Positions 1 through 9,183 of a DNA stretch of 64,000 bases are shown here, one piece after another. The notes under the pieces are model-generated. The model made no database searches, had not been told where the DNA came from, and saw only the letters and a list, made by a program, of their open reading frames with translations. The translations under genes and the position numbers were made by a program. The DNA is taken from positions 96,001-160,000 of the forward strand of contig JBBDTI010000013.1 in assembly GCA_040904565.1 (NCBI GenBank), given 5' to 3'. Source of the DNA: Rhodothermales bacterium. Its GTDB lineage: Bacteria > Bacteroidota > Rhodothermia > Rhodothermales > VXPQ01. Each line of letters opens with the position of its first letter. Position 1 is the first letter of the stretch.

Positions 1-2071
1 CCAGGTCTAGCGTGCCCTCGTCGTACAGTTTCATGGCGGCCGTCGTAGTGGCGACGACCTTCGTGAGCGAGGCGATGTCGAACAGCGAGTGCGGCGTGAC
101 GCGCTTACCGGCCGCATACGTATAGTACCCGTAGCCTTCGAGCTTGGTTATGACGCCACGCCGACCGACCGCAAGGGCGGCGGCGGGAAAGGCGCGATCA
201 CCGATGGCGGAATAGATGACCGAGTCGGACAGCGCCAGACGTTCTCGGCTGAGCCCGACCTCCGCCGGCGAGCCCGGACGAACGGATTGTTGGGGAAGGT
301 CGATGCCTGCCCCATAGGCGTACCGGCCCGGAATAGAGACGGGAAGCCGGCCGGTGGTTTCCGATTGACCGAGCAGGACCTCGGCAGCGGCGAGTTGCGT
401 CGCCTCGGAGGCTCCATAGGTAACGAGATAGGCTTCCGGTTGCGGGGTGTCGACGATAAGAAAGGGATTGCCGAACGCTACCAGGACGATGGGTACGTCG
501 TACCTGGACAGCCTCGTGAGAAAGTCCTGGGCCTCCCGACGCAGAGGCTCAATTTCGCCCATGTGCATTGCTTCCTGGACGACGCTCACGACGACGACGT
601 CGTATGAAGGCGCTTCTTCGAGCACCTCGCGATAATCGTCCGGTTCGGAGTCGACATCGAGTATCCGGGACGCCGTTTCGGTGCCGCCGCGCCGCCGTCC
701 GAGCACGTTGATAAAGATCGAGTCTACGGTCGACGAGACGCTGCCGCGCAGGGAAACGCTAAGAACACGTCCTCCCCACGAGAGCGGCAAGACGTCCCGT
801 TCGTTCCGAAGCAGCGTTGCCGAGCGGCGTGCGATCGTCTCGCTCAGTGCCAGGTGATCCGGTGAGTACATCGTCGAGCGTACCACTGTAAAGTCCGCAT
901 ATCGGTTCGCCTCCAGATCGAGCCATGCTTTGGCACGCAGGAGACGGTAGACGGAGGCATCGATGCGGCGTTCGGAAAGCCGTCCGTCTGCCACCGCACG
1001 GAGCACGGCTTCTCTTACCGAATAGGGATCCGAGGTCAGAAGCAGGAGATCCGCGCCCGCCTCTAGGGCGCGAACGGCCATCTCAGCGGGCGTGGACCGC
1101 GCGGCTTCCGCTGCTGCATCGAGATCGTCGGCGACGACGATTCCGTTGAATCCGAGCCGGCCGCGAAGGAGGTCGGTCGTCACCCGAGAGGAAAGCATAG
1201 CAGGGGCCCCGACGTCGGGCTCGATTTCGGGGATCGTGTGGTTGCCCATCATGATGCTCATGATGCCCTCCTCGATGAGATCCTGGTAGGGCAGCAGCTC
1301 GATCGTCTCAAATCGGTCCATCCCGAACCGCAGTCTAATACGTCCGATGTTCGAATGGGCGCGTCCAGGAGCACGTCCCGGGAACTGCATCGCCGTGGCA
1401 AGTGCTCCTGCATCCTGGACGCCTCGTGCGAACGCCCTCGACATGATCGAGACCTGCTCCGGCCGTTCGCCGAATGAGAGCAGGTTGCGTACCGAGCTAT
1501 CCGAACGGGTGAACACGTCGGCTCTGGGAGCAAATACGTGATGGACGCCAACGGCACCCGCCTCGATACCTGCGATGCGTCCGGCGAGATACGAGAGCTC
1601 CACATTACGGGTGGCGCCGAGCGCCATCATGTTCGGGAAGCTCGTTCCCATTCCCATTCCCGTTCTTCGTCCCGAGGTCCACTCGATGTGCTGCGAAACG
1701 AGCAAGGGGATGCCGGTCCTGCGCTGCAGGTCGTTCACCAGAGCCGCCTGTTCCATGGGAGCTTCCATCGCCAGCGTGATACCCCCGATGCCGAATGCTT
1801 CGACCAGGTCGACGAGTGCCTCATACGTCGGATCGGTATCGGTCGCGGCCGGCTCGGCGGTACGAATCGAAAGGAGCTGCGACACCTTCTCGGGGAGGGA
1901 CATCGCTTCGAGATGATTTTCGGCCCACTCCTCCGTCCGCGGCCAGAGATCCTCCTCGGAAGGCGCCGTCGACAGGGTGAAGTACGTGAAGGTGAAGTAC
2001 GAGAGGACGCCGGCAATGAAGACGACCAGCGTGGCGAGAACCACTAGAACGTGCTGGAATCGCTGTAGCAT
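1..2071 (-). CDS. GH3 (NagZ-like) plus beta-lactamase/serine hydrolase fusion protein, partial (3' end runs off the window)
   Basis: Not in the ORF track because it is open at the window edge. Manual translation from ATG at 2071: MLQRFQHVLVVLATLVVFIAG (N-terminal anchor), MSLPEKVSQL (GH3 start), LLRGRLGFNGIVVADDL (GH3 nucleophile region), and FDIASLTKVVATTTAAMKLYDEG (SxxK serine-hydrolase motif at 59-70). Confidence 0.85.
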   Translation of the reverse strand, partial: MLQRFQHVLVVLATLVVFIAGVLSYFTFTYFTLSTAPSEEDLWPRTEEWAENHLEAMSLPEKVSQLLSIRTAEPAATDTDPTYEALVDLVEAFGIGGITLAMEAPMEQAALVNDLQRRTGIPLLVSQHIEWTSGRRTGMGMGTSFPNMMALGATRNVELSYLAGRIAGIEAGAVGVHHVFAPRADVFTRSDSSVRNLLSFGERPEQVSIMSRAFARGVQDAGALATAMQFPGRAPGRAHSNIGRIRLRFGMDRFETIELLPYQDLIEEGIMSIMMGNHTIPEIEPDVGAPAMLSSRVTTDLLRGRLGFNGIVVADDLDAAAEAARSTPAEMAVRALEAGADLLLLTSDPYSVREAVLRAVADGRLSERRIDASVYRLLRAKAWLDLEANRYADFTVVRSTMYSPDHLALSETIARRSATLLRNERDVLPLSWGGRVLSVSLRGSVSSTVDSIFINVLGRRRGGTETASRILDVDSEPDDYREVLEEAPSYDVVVVSVVQEAMHMGEIEPLRREAQDFLTRLSRYDVPIVLVAFGNPFLIVDTPQPEAYLVTYGASEATQLAAAEVLLGQSETTGRLPVSIPGRYAYGAGIDLPQQSVRPGSPAEVGLSRERLALSDSVIYSAIGDRAFPAAALAVGRRGVITKLEGYGYYTYAAGKRVTPHSLFDIASLTKVVATTTAAMKLYDEGTLDL

Positions 2072-2279
2072 GGCGGAAAAGGTCTCGTCGGCGGAAGGTG
2101 GGACCGGAGTTCAACTGTGTGGGCGGCCGGGTAAGTTTCATGGGATGGGAGATTGTCATCCGTGAACCCAGATGCACGTTTGACGAATACGGAAGCGAGT
2201 GCTTGATGCCACCGCGCGCACGGGATAAACTCAGGTGGGCTCGCAGGCATACTTTCCGCGTTCTAGACTAGCACGACGC

Positions 2280-3662
2280 ATGTCCGGTCAAGGCACCTCA
2301 ACTGTCCGCATCCTCGTGGTGCTTTTCCTCGGTGTGCTCATGGCGGCCCTCGATATCGCCATTGTAGGGCCGGCGCTTCCGGCACTTCGTGAACATTATG
2401 GCTTGACGGAGCGCGCCGTATCGTGGGTGTTCAACGTTTTCGTATTGTTCAACCTGCTGGGTCTGCCGTTCATGGCGCGCCTGTCGGACGTGATGGGGCG
2501 CCGGCGCGTCTATGTGGCCGACGTGACGCTGTTTGCCGTCGGATCGCTCATCGTGGCAGCCGCTCCCGCTTTCCCGATGCTCCTGGCTGGGAGAGCCCTG
2601 CAGGGTCTCGGCGCGTCAGGCATTTTTCCGGTCGCGAGTGCCGTCGTAGGCGACGTCGTCGCTCCATCCAGGAGAGGGCGGGCGCTCGGCATTCTGGGTG
2701 CCGTCTTTGGGATCGCGTTCATCGTCGGACCCATTCTGGCCGGTGTGCTGCTGCTGCTTGGATGGCAGTGGTTGTTTATTATCAACGTGCCGCTCGCACT
2801 GGTCATCATCGGACTGGGATGGCGCGCGCTTCCCGATACGGTTGACGAGGAAGGTGGTCGGATGGACCTTCCGGGCATCGCGACCCTTGGACTCATGCTG
2901 GTGTCGTTCGCTTTCGGGATTAACCGCATCGATACGGGCGCCTTTCTATCGAGTCTTACGTCTGCCGCGGTCGCTCCCTATCTTGTTATGTCACTCGTGC
3001 TCCTTCCGGTGTTCATCCGGCTGGAGCGACGTTCCAAGAAGCCGCTCGTACGTCTGGAGCTGTTCCGAAACCGTCAGGTCGCCATCGTCGCGGCACTGGG
3101 GATGGGAGCGGGGCTGACGGAGGCCGCTTTCGTGTTCATGCCGGGCATGGCCGTTCAGGCCTTCGAGGTGACGAAATCCTCCGCCTCGTTCATGCTGCTG
3201 CCGCTCGTCACGGCCGTGGCGATCGGATCACCCATAGCTGGACGATCCATCGACCGGTTCGGCTCCCGAACGATTACGGTGGTCAGCACCGCGCTCCTGA
3301 CGGTTGGTCTTGCGACGATGGGCCTGCCGATTCTCACTACGACGACGTTCTACGCGGCGTCGGTACTGATCGGGCTCGGTTTATCGGGTATCCTCGGATC
3401 GTCGTTGAGCTACATCTTGCTTCACGAGTCGAAGGCGGCCGAACGGACCGTGGCGCAGGGTATCGGTACCCTTTCGATAAGTGTCGGTCAGCTGTCGGGC
3501 GGTGCACTCATCGGGGCCGTCGTATCTAGCGCGGCTGCCGGACTCTCCGGTTATCAGTCGGCCTTCGCCGGGATCGCTTTCGTCGGGGTCGTTCTCGTCG
3601 GGCTATCCGCGATGCTGAAGTCGCGCCGCAGGGAGCTGGAAGACGCGGGACATGAGGAGTAG
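2280..3662 (+). CDS. MFS transporter, DHA2/EmrB-like (about 14 TM)
   Basis: Motifs MAALDIAIVGPALP, RLSDVMGRRR and GRALQGLGASG; many hydrophobic segments. Confidence 0.9.
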   Translation: MSGQGTSTVRILVVLFLGVLMAALDIAIVGPALPALREHYGLTERAVSWVFNVFVLFNLLGLPFMARLSDVMGRRRVYVADVTLFAVGSLIVAAAPAFPMLLAGRALQGLGASGIFPVASAVVGDVVAPSRRGRALGILGAVFGIAFIVGPILAGVLLLLGWQWLFIINVPLALVIIGLGWRALPDTVDEEGGRMDLPGIATLGLMLVSFAFGINRIDTGAFLSSLTSAAVAPYLVMSLVLLPVFIRLERRSKKPLVRLELFRNRQVAIVAALGMGAGLTEAAFVFMPGMAVQAFEVTKSSASFMLLPLVTAVAIGSPIAGRSIDRFGSRTITVVSTALLTVGLATMGLPILTTTTFYAASVLIGLGLSGILGSSLSYILLHESKAAERTVAQGIGTLSISVGQLSGGALIGAVVSSAAAGLSGYQSAFAGIAFVGVVLVGLSAMLKSRRRELEDAGHEE

Positions 3663-3681
3663 CGAATCTCGTCGGCATGGG

Positions 3682-3936
3682 TCAGGGACGTTGGGGAGCG
3701 TCCTCCAGGCGCTCCGTCGCATCATGCTCGGAAATGAAATGCACGAGCTTCTCGGTTAGCAGGCCGGTAATAACGACGGCCACGATCTCGGACGCTATGC
3801 CGAGTACGAAGCGGCGGATGACGTACTTAATGGTCTTCGGAAGCAGGAGAAATGCCGCCGTCACGCCGAGGAATCCGAGCAGGAGAGAAACGATGCTGCG
3901 GTCGGCTTCCTGCGATCCACTGGATAGCTTGCTCAT
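3682..3936 (-). CDS. small hypothetical membrane protein
   Basis: 84 aa with two hydrophobic helices; fills the gap downstream of rlmN. Confidence 0.6.
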   Translation of the reverse strand: MSKLSSGSQEADRSIVSLLLGFLGVTAAFLLLPKTIKYVIRRFVLGIASEIVAVVITGLLTEKLVHFISEHDATERLEDAPQRP

Positions 3937-4071
3937 GTGCGGGTGGAATGGAATGATGTAGAGGGATGCGCTGAAACATCGGCGGGAACATCGCGACGCT
4001 TCGATTCAAGCGATCGCAGGAATATAAGCCGGTGCGGGTTAATAAGGATGCCGAACCATGCCGCGGGTCGT

Positions 4072-5166
4072 TCAGCTGGACGTTACGGCGAGCTGTCCGC
4101 AAGCCGCGTCGATATCCTGGCCGCGGCTTCGGCGGACGGTAACAGTGACGTCACGGTGGACGAGCTCCTTGACGAAAGCATTCAGGCGCTTATCCGGCGT
4201 GCGTTCGAACGGAAGGTCGCCGACCGGGTTGTACATGATCAGATTCACCTTACTGGGTGCCCACGTCGTGATATCCGCCAATCGCCGGGCATCTTCGGCG
4301 GTATCGTTGCGCCGATGGAAAAGGCAGTACTCGTAGGTCACGCGACGTCCGGTCTTCGCGTGATAGTACGCAATGGATTCACGCAACGCGCCAAGATCCG
4401 TCGCCGTATTTCGATTGACCGGCATGATGGCGCTTCGCTTTTCGTCCGTCGGAGCGTGTAGTGAAACGGCGAGATTTACGCCGGGATCGTCGTCCGCCAG
4501 CTTCTTGATGCGTCGCGCGAGCCCGACCGTAGAGACCGTGATGCGTCGCGGACTGAGGTCGAGTCCGTCGGCATCGGTAAGCAACCGCAGGCTGGACAGG
4601 ACGCTGTCGTAATTCAGAAGCGGTTCGCCCATCCCCATGTACACGACGTTCGAGATGCCTCGACCGTACCGTTCTCGTGCGTGTTCGTCCATGTACCATG
4701 CCTGGTCGTAAATGTCACCCGGTGAGAGGTTCTCCTGGAATCCCATGAGACCCGTCGCGCAAAACGTACATCCCATGGCGCAGCCGACCTGGCTCGAGAC
4801 GCAGACGGTCAGCCGGTTCGGCGTACCATCTCGGCCAATATCCGGGATGAGCACGGTCTCGAACTTTCTCCCCGAAGGAAGCGTGAACAGGGCTTTGGAG
4901 GTACCGTCATCGCTGATCCGGACCTGCGTGGGTTCGAGCCGTCCGACGTGCGCGCAATCTTCAAGCCGGGTTCGGAAATCCTTGGGAAGGTCCGTCATCT
5001 CGTCGAAAGACGTCGCTCCCTTGCCGTAGATCCACTTGAAGATCTGGCGTCCTCTGTAGGCCGGCTGATCCAGATCTCGGACGAACCGTTCGAGATCGTC
5101 GCGTCCGAGCGTCTTGAGGTTCGCTTTCCGGCGTAGGGGGGTATTGGGTGCAGTAGTCGTTTCCAT
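4072..5166 (-). CDS. rlmN: 23S rRNA (A2503-C2)/tRNA methyltransferase RlmN
   Basis: CVSSQVGCAMGCTFC radical-SAM motif, MGMGEPL, and DIDAACGQL. Confidence 0.96.
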   Translation of the reverse strand: METTTAPNTPLRRKANLKTLGRDDLERFVRDLDQPAYRGRQIFKWIYGKGATSFDEMTDLPKDFRTRLEDCAHVGRLEPTQVRISDDGTSKALFTLPSGRKFETVLIPDIGRDGTPNRLTVCVSSQVGCAMGCTFCATGLMGFQENLSPGDIYDQAWYMDEHARERYGRGISNVVYMGMGEPLLNYDSVLSSLRLLTDADGLDLSPRRITVSTVGLARRIKKLADDDPGVNLAVSLHAPTDEKRSAIMPVNRNTATDLGALRESIAYYHAKTGRRVTYEYCLFHRRNDTAEDARRLADITTWAPSKVNLIMYNPVGDLPFERTPDKRLNAFVKELVHRDVTVTVRRSRGQDIDAACGQLAVTSS

Positions 5167-5209
5167 GGGAGCACAAACGCCCTGCTATTCGCGTCGTTTC
5201 GTCGGGCGT

Positions 5210-5989
5210 CTATTCCGGTGCGATCGGAGTGGCGACGGATCGAACGGCGAGCGCGAACATCAGTCCCGTAAACACGATCGTGACCGGCAGCGATACCGCC
5301 AGTGAAGTCGCGACCTCTGGTGCCGGTCCAGGCCAGTACATGGCTGTTCTCAGGGCGTCGACGCCGTAAGAGAACGGATTGAGGCGTACGATCCACTGGA
5401 GAAGGGGTGGAGCTCCCGTGGGAGGGAAGAAGGCGCCTGAGAGGACCCAGAGGGGGATCAGAAAGAGGTTCATTACCGCATGAAAGCCCCGCGTCGTGCG
5501 TATTTTCCACGCCACGGTAACGCCGAGTGCGGTGAAAGCAAGTCCGATAAGGGCGAGAACGAACAGCATCAGAGCAAGGCCGGCGACGGTGGGAGGCGGC
5601 CCGAGAAACGGCAGGAGGATCAGGAACAGGCCGCTCTGTCCGACAGCCAGTGTCGTTCCGCCGAGAGTTGCTCCCAGGACGAGGACGGACCGTGATACCG
5701 GTGCGGCCAGCGCGGCTTGGAGGAAGCCGGATTTCCGTTCTTCTACGATTGAGATCGTCGAAAATATCGACGTAAACAGGGCGACGAGCGCGAGCATTCC
5801 CGGGAAGAGAAACTCGAGGTAAGGGATGTCGGTGCCTGTCGAAGACGGAAGTTGGAACGTGTCGCGGAAGCCGAATCCCAGAAGGAGCCAGACGACCAGC
5901 GGCTGCAGCACGGCTCCGCCGACACGGCTTTTGTCTCGAAGAAACTTGATGAGCTCACGGCGCCAGAGTGCAGTAACGGTATACATCAT
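5210..5989 (-). CDS. ABC-2 type transporter permease
   Basis: YLEFLFPG, EERKSGFLQAALAAPVSR, LSGAFFP and NPFSYGVDALR; start overlaps the ATPase stop. Confidence 0.9.
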   Translation of the reverse strand: MMYTVTALWRRELIKFLRDKSRVGGAVLQPLVVWLLLGFGFRDTFQLPSSTGTDIPYLEFLFPGMLALVALFTSIFSTISIVEERKSGFLQAALAAPVSRSVLVLGATLGGTTLAVGQSGLFLILLPFLGPPPTVAGLALMLFVLALIGLAFTALGVTVAWKIRTTRGFHAVMNLFLIPLWVLSGAFFPPTGAPPLLQWIVRLNPFSYGVDALRTAMYWPGPAPEVATSLAVSLPVTIVFTGLMFALAVRSVATPIAPE

Positions 5990-6939
5990 CGGTCTGGCGT
6001 TTCAGGCGTCGTATCCGCGTCTTCGAGGGACCGTCCGGCGTGGAGCATAAACACGTCCTCCAGGGTCGGTCGCCGGATGGTTGCGGCGTGGATATCTCGA
6101 CCGAATGCCTCGTAGAGCGCCGGCAGGACGTTGTGCGCATTCGGGTCGGAAACCTGTACGCGGGAGCCGATGACGACGGTGTCTACGTTAAGTCGGGATG
6201 TCATGCTATCCGCCATCGCCCGCGGATCGCTGCATTCGATCCAAAGCGTTTCGTCCCCCACGCCCTGGCGGAGCTCCTCGGGCGTGCCGTTCGCGACGAT
6301 CGCACCGCGGTCGAGGATGACGAGACGGTCGCATCGCTCGGCTTCCTCCATCGAGTGGGTGGCGAGCAGAATCGTCATCCCTTCGTTGCGCCGTACGCGA
6401 TCGACGGTCTCCCAGAACGAATGTCTCGCGGCGGGGTCGAGACCCGTCGTAGGCTCATCGAGCAGAAGCAGCGGCGGAGCATGTAAGAGACCCCGCACGA
6501 GATCGACCCGCCGTTTGAGTCCACCCGAGAGCATCGAGACCCGCTCGTCCACACGGTCCACCAGCCCAAACTGCGGCAGGAGCACGTCGAGGCGTTCGTC
6601 GAGTCCCCTGCGGGACACTCCGTACAGGGCCGCATGGGTGCGAAGGTTCTCGCGTACGGTCAGCTCGGCGTCCAGCGCGACGGATTGAAACACGATGCCG
6701 ATACGTTTGCGAATGGCATCCGGTCGATCTCTGACATCGACACCGAAGACAGTGGCCGTTCCCTTCGTGGGCCGGATCAGTGTCGACAGGATGCGGAAGA
6801 GGGTCGTCTTTCCCCCGCCGTTCGGTCCCAGGACGCCGAAAAGGGCACCCTCGTGGACGGAAAGATCGACCTCATCTAATGCCGTGCGTTCTCCGTAGCG
6901 ATGGGTCAGGTTATCGACGTCGACGGCGAGTGATGGCAT
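5986..6939 (-). CDS. ABC transporter ATP-binding protein (DrrA/NodI-like)
   Basis: Walker A GPNGGGKTT, signature LSGG, Walker B LLLDEPT, C-terminal PTLEDVF; start taken at MPSLAV. Confidence 0.92.
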   Translation of the reverse strand: MPSLAVDVDNLTHRYGERTALDEVDLSVHEGALFGVLGPNGGGKTTLFRILSTLIRPTKGTATVFGVDVRDRPDAIRKRIGIVFQSVALDAELTVRENLRTHAALYGVSRRGLDERLDVLLPQFGLVDRVDERVSMLSGGLKRRVDLVRGLLHAPPLLLLDEPTTGLDPAARHSFWETVDRVRRNEGMTILLATHSMEEAERCDRLVILDRGAIVANGTPEELRQGVGDETLWIECSDPRAMADSMTSRLNVDTVVIGSRVQVSDPNAHNVLPALYEAFGRDIHAATIRRPTLEDVFMLHAGRSLEDADTTPETPDR

Positions 6940-6977
6940 CGAGTGCGTACGCAAAGCGGTCCGGGAGAAAGGATGTG

Positions 6978-7922
6978 CTACAGCGTGAGCAGACCGCCGC
7001 CGACGATCCGGTCGACCAGCAGCGCAAGGACGAGCAGCGGGATGTAGTAGATCGACACCTTGAGCACGCGGCGGGCATCGTGGACGTGATAGCTGCGGTA
7101 AAAGACGAGTGCAGCGTGGAGGAACCAGGCGGCGAGGCCGACGGCGGCGGCCGTATAGATCCACCCCGTGAGGGCGAGGGCGGTGGGCCACAGGCTCAGC
7201 ACGGCCAGAGCGACGGTAAAGAAGAGCGTCTGGTTGACCGTGGAGCGCCCGGATGGATCAGTGACGGGGAGCATCATGTGGCCGCCCCGTTCATAATCCT
7301 TCCGGTACATCCATGCCAAAGATAGAAAGTGAGGCATCTGCCAGGCGGCAAGGATGGAAAACGCCGCGATGCCTCCCCATCCGACCGATCCCGTAGCAGC
7401 GGTCCAGCCGCCGAGTGCGGGAAGGGCTCCGGGCAGCGTACCGATGAGGGTGTTCCATTTCGAGCGGCGCTTCAGCGGCGTGTACACGAAGAGGTACAGC
7501 AGCGCAGACACGAGTGCGAGCACGCCCGTAAGGGGGTTTGTGAGCGGGCACAGTAGGGCCACGCCGGCGGCGAGGAGAAGGGCTCCGAAATTACGGGCTG
7601 CTTCCGCGCCGATCCGGTCTTCGGGAAGCGGTCGATTCATCGTCCGGCGCATCGCCCCGTCGAAATCTCTCTCCATCCAGTGATTCAGCGCCGAGGCCCC
7701 GGCACTCGTAAGCATCACGCCGATCAGCAGGAAGACGAAGGCACTCACGTCGAACGGATGGACGGGCGCGAGTACGAATCCGCCGACGGACGACAGTACG
7801 ACGAGCAGCGTAATTTCGGGTTTCGTCAGCTCGACGTAGTCGCGGAGCACGTCGAGGCGGACCTCCGCGGGAACGGCGGCGGAGCGAACGGAAGGAATGG
7901 ACGGCTTGGTGTCGTTCTGCAC
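6978..7922 (-). CDS. ctaB: heme o synthase (protoheme IX farnesyltransferase)
   Basis: ELTKP, DGAMRRTMNRPLP, YTPLKR and WQMPHF motifs. Confidence 0.95.
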   Translation of the reverse strand: MQNDTKPSIPSVRSAAVPAEVRLDVLRDYVELTKPEITLLVVLSSVGGFVLAPVHPFDVSAFVFLLIGVMLTSAGASALNHWMERDFDGAMRRTMNRPLPEDRIGAEAARNFGALLLAAGVALLCPLTNPLTGVLALVSALLYLFVYTPLKRRSKWNTLIGTLPGALPALGGWTAATGSVGWGGIAAFSILAAWQMPHFLSLAWMYRKDYERGGHMMLPVTDPSGRSTVNQTLFFTVALAVLSLWPTALALTGWIYTAAAVGLAAWFLHAALVFYRSYHVHDARRVLKVSIYYIPLLVLALLVDRIVGGGLLTL

Positions 7923-7934
7923 GAACGTCGAACG

Positions 7935-8933
7935 TCAGCGACTGAGAGACGGTTGTTGCAATATAACGGAATTCGCGGGATCCGTGTACTTCTCATTCGA
8001 TGGATCCCTGCCAAGGCGGGTTGCATCTACGGCGGCGGCGACGGCGCAGCCCATCAAGAGGGCACCGGTAACCATGTGGGCCGTGTTGACGACCACCTGG
8101 AGATTGCTCGGGTCGAGCATGCCGGAGTCGTCAAGGGTGACGACGAACGCCGTCAGGCCCAGGGCGAACTGGATCGCTACTAGAACGACCATCCAGCGGG
8201 CGGCGGGATACAGCAGGTGCGTGCCCCGGTGTCGCGCGGATGCTCGGCGGAAGAGTAAGAAGATGGCCGCCGTCGTGATGATGGCGCCCAGAATATGGAG
8301 TCCGGCCAGCATGGGATCGATGCCCGTTCCGGGATGGCGCAGCAGGGCGCCCAGAATGATCTGAACGTAAAGAACGGCCACGGTAAGCCACGCCGTTCTG
8401 CGCATGCCGCGTGCGTCGGACGCCTCGTACGTACCCCGATCTCCGGTGAGCCAGGGCCGGGATGTAAAGAGCGCCAGGGCCACGATCAGTCCGAAAAAAA
8501 CCTGTGCGATGCAGGCGTGGACGACGGCGAGGTCCAGTGAAAGGAGCACTACGCGGAGACCGCCGAGGGTGCCCTGAAGTGATACGAGGAGAAGAGCTCC
8601 GACGGACAGGTATTTCATCCAGCGCCGCGAATCCGCAATCCACGTCCACACGGCCAGGATTAGCGTAAGGATTCCGACGAGTGCGCCAACAAGTCGATGT
8701 CCGTGTTCGGCCAGAACCGGCATGAGCCGCCACCACTCGGGCCACGGATTGAAAGGGTCGTAGGAGTTAAACGACGACGGCCAGTCGGGAACGGCGAGGC
8801 CGGCGTTGATGCTCGTGACGAACGCGCCCCAGGCAAAAAGAAGGACGGTAGTGCCGGCCGTCAGCACGGTGAAGCGGTGCCGCCACGTCATCTCCGTGGC
8901 TGGTTCACCGAGGGGCTCCGGATGCGTCGTCAT
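7935..8933 (-). CDS. ctaA: heme A synthase (COX15/CtaA family)
   Basis: AGLAVPDWP, EHGHR and conserved His in VVHAC, GLHIL and TAHMV; directly upstream of ctaB. Confidence 0.9.
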   Translation of the reverse strand: MTTHPEPLGEPATEMTWRHRFTVLTAGTTVLLFAWGAFVTSINAGLAVPDWPSSFNSYDPFNPWPEWWRLMPVLAEHGHRLVGALVGILTLILAVWTWIADSRRWMKYLSVGALLLVSLQGTLGGLRVVLLSLDLAVVHACIAQVFFGLIVALALFTSRPWLTGDRGTYEASDARGMRRTAWLTVAVLYVQIILGALLRHPGTGIDPMLAGLHILGAIITTAAIFLLFRRASARHRGTHLLYPAARWMVVLVAIQFALGLTAFVVTLDDSGMLDPSNLQVVVNTAHMVTGALLMGCAVAAAVDATRLGRDPSNEKYTDPANSVILQQPSLSR

Positions 8934-9183
8934 CGTAGGAAGGAAGATTGATCCCAGCGGCTCCCCGACCGGGGAGCACGGGGCAAACAGGGGTTCCCGC
9001 CTCCAGTTCCATTAAAGTACGTTGAAGGGAACGAGCGGGAGGTTCACCCAGGGCGCTTGATAGTTCTCTGCGTATGAATGAGTTTGGAGCTTACGCAATG
9101 TCGCGGGTTGCTGCAACGGTCGTGGCAGCGCGTGCATCAGCGGGTGCCGCTCGGACGAACGCTCAATAATCTACTTCGGGAAT

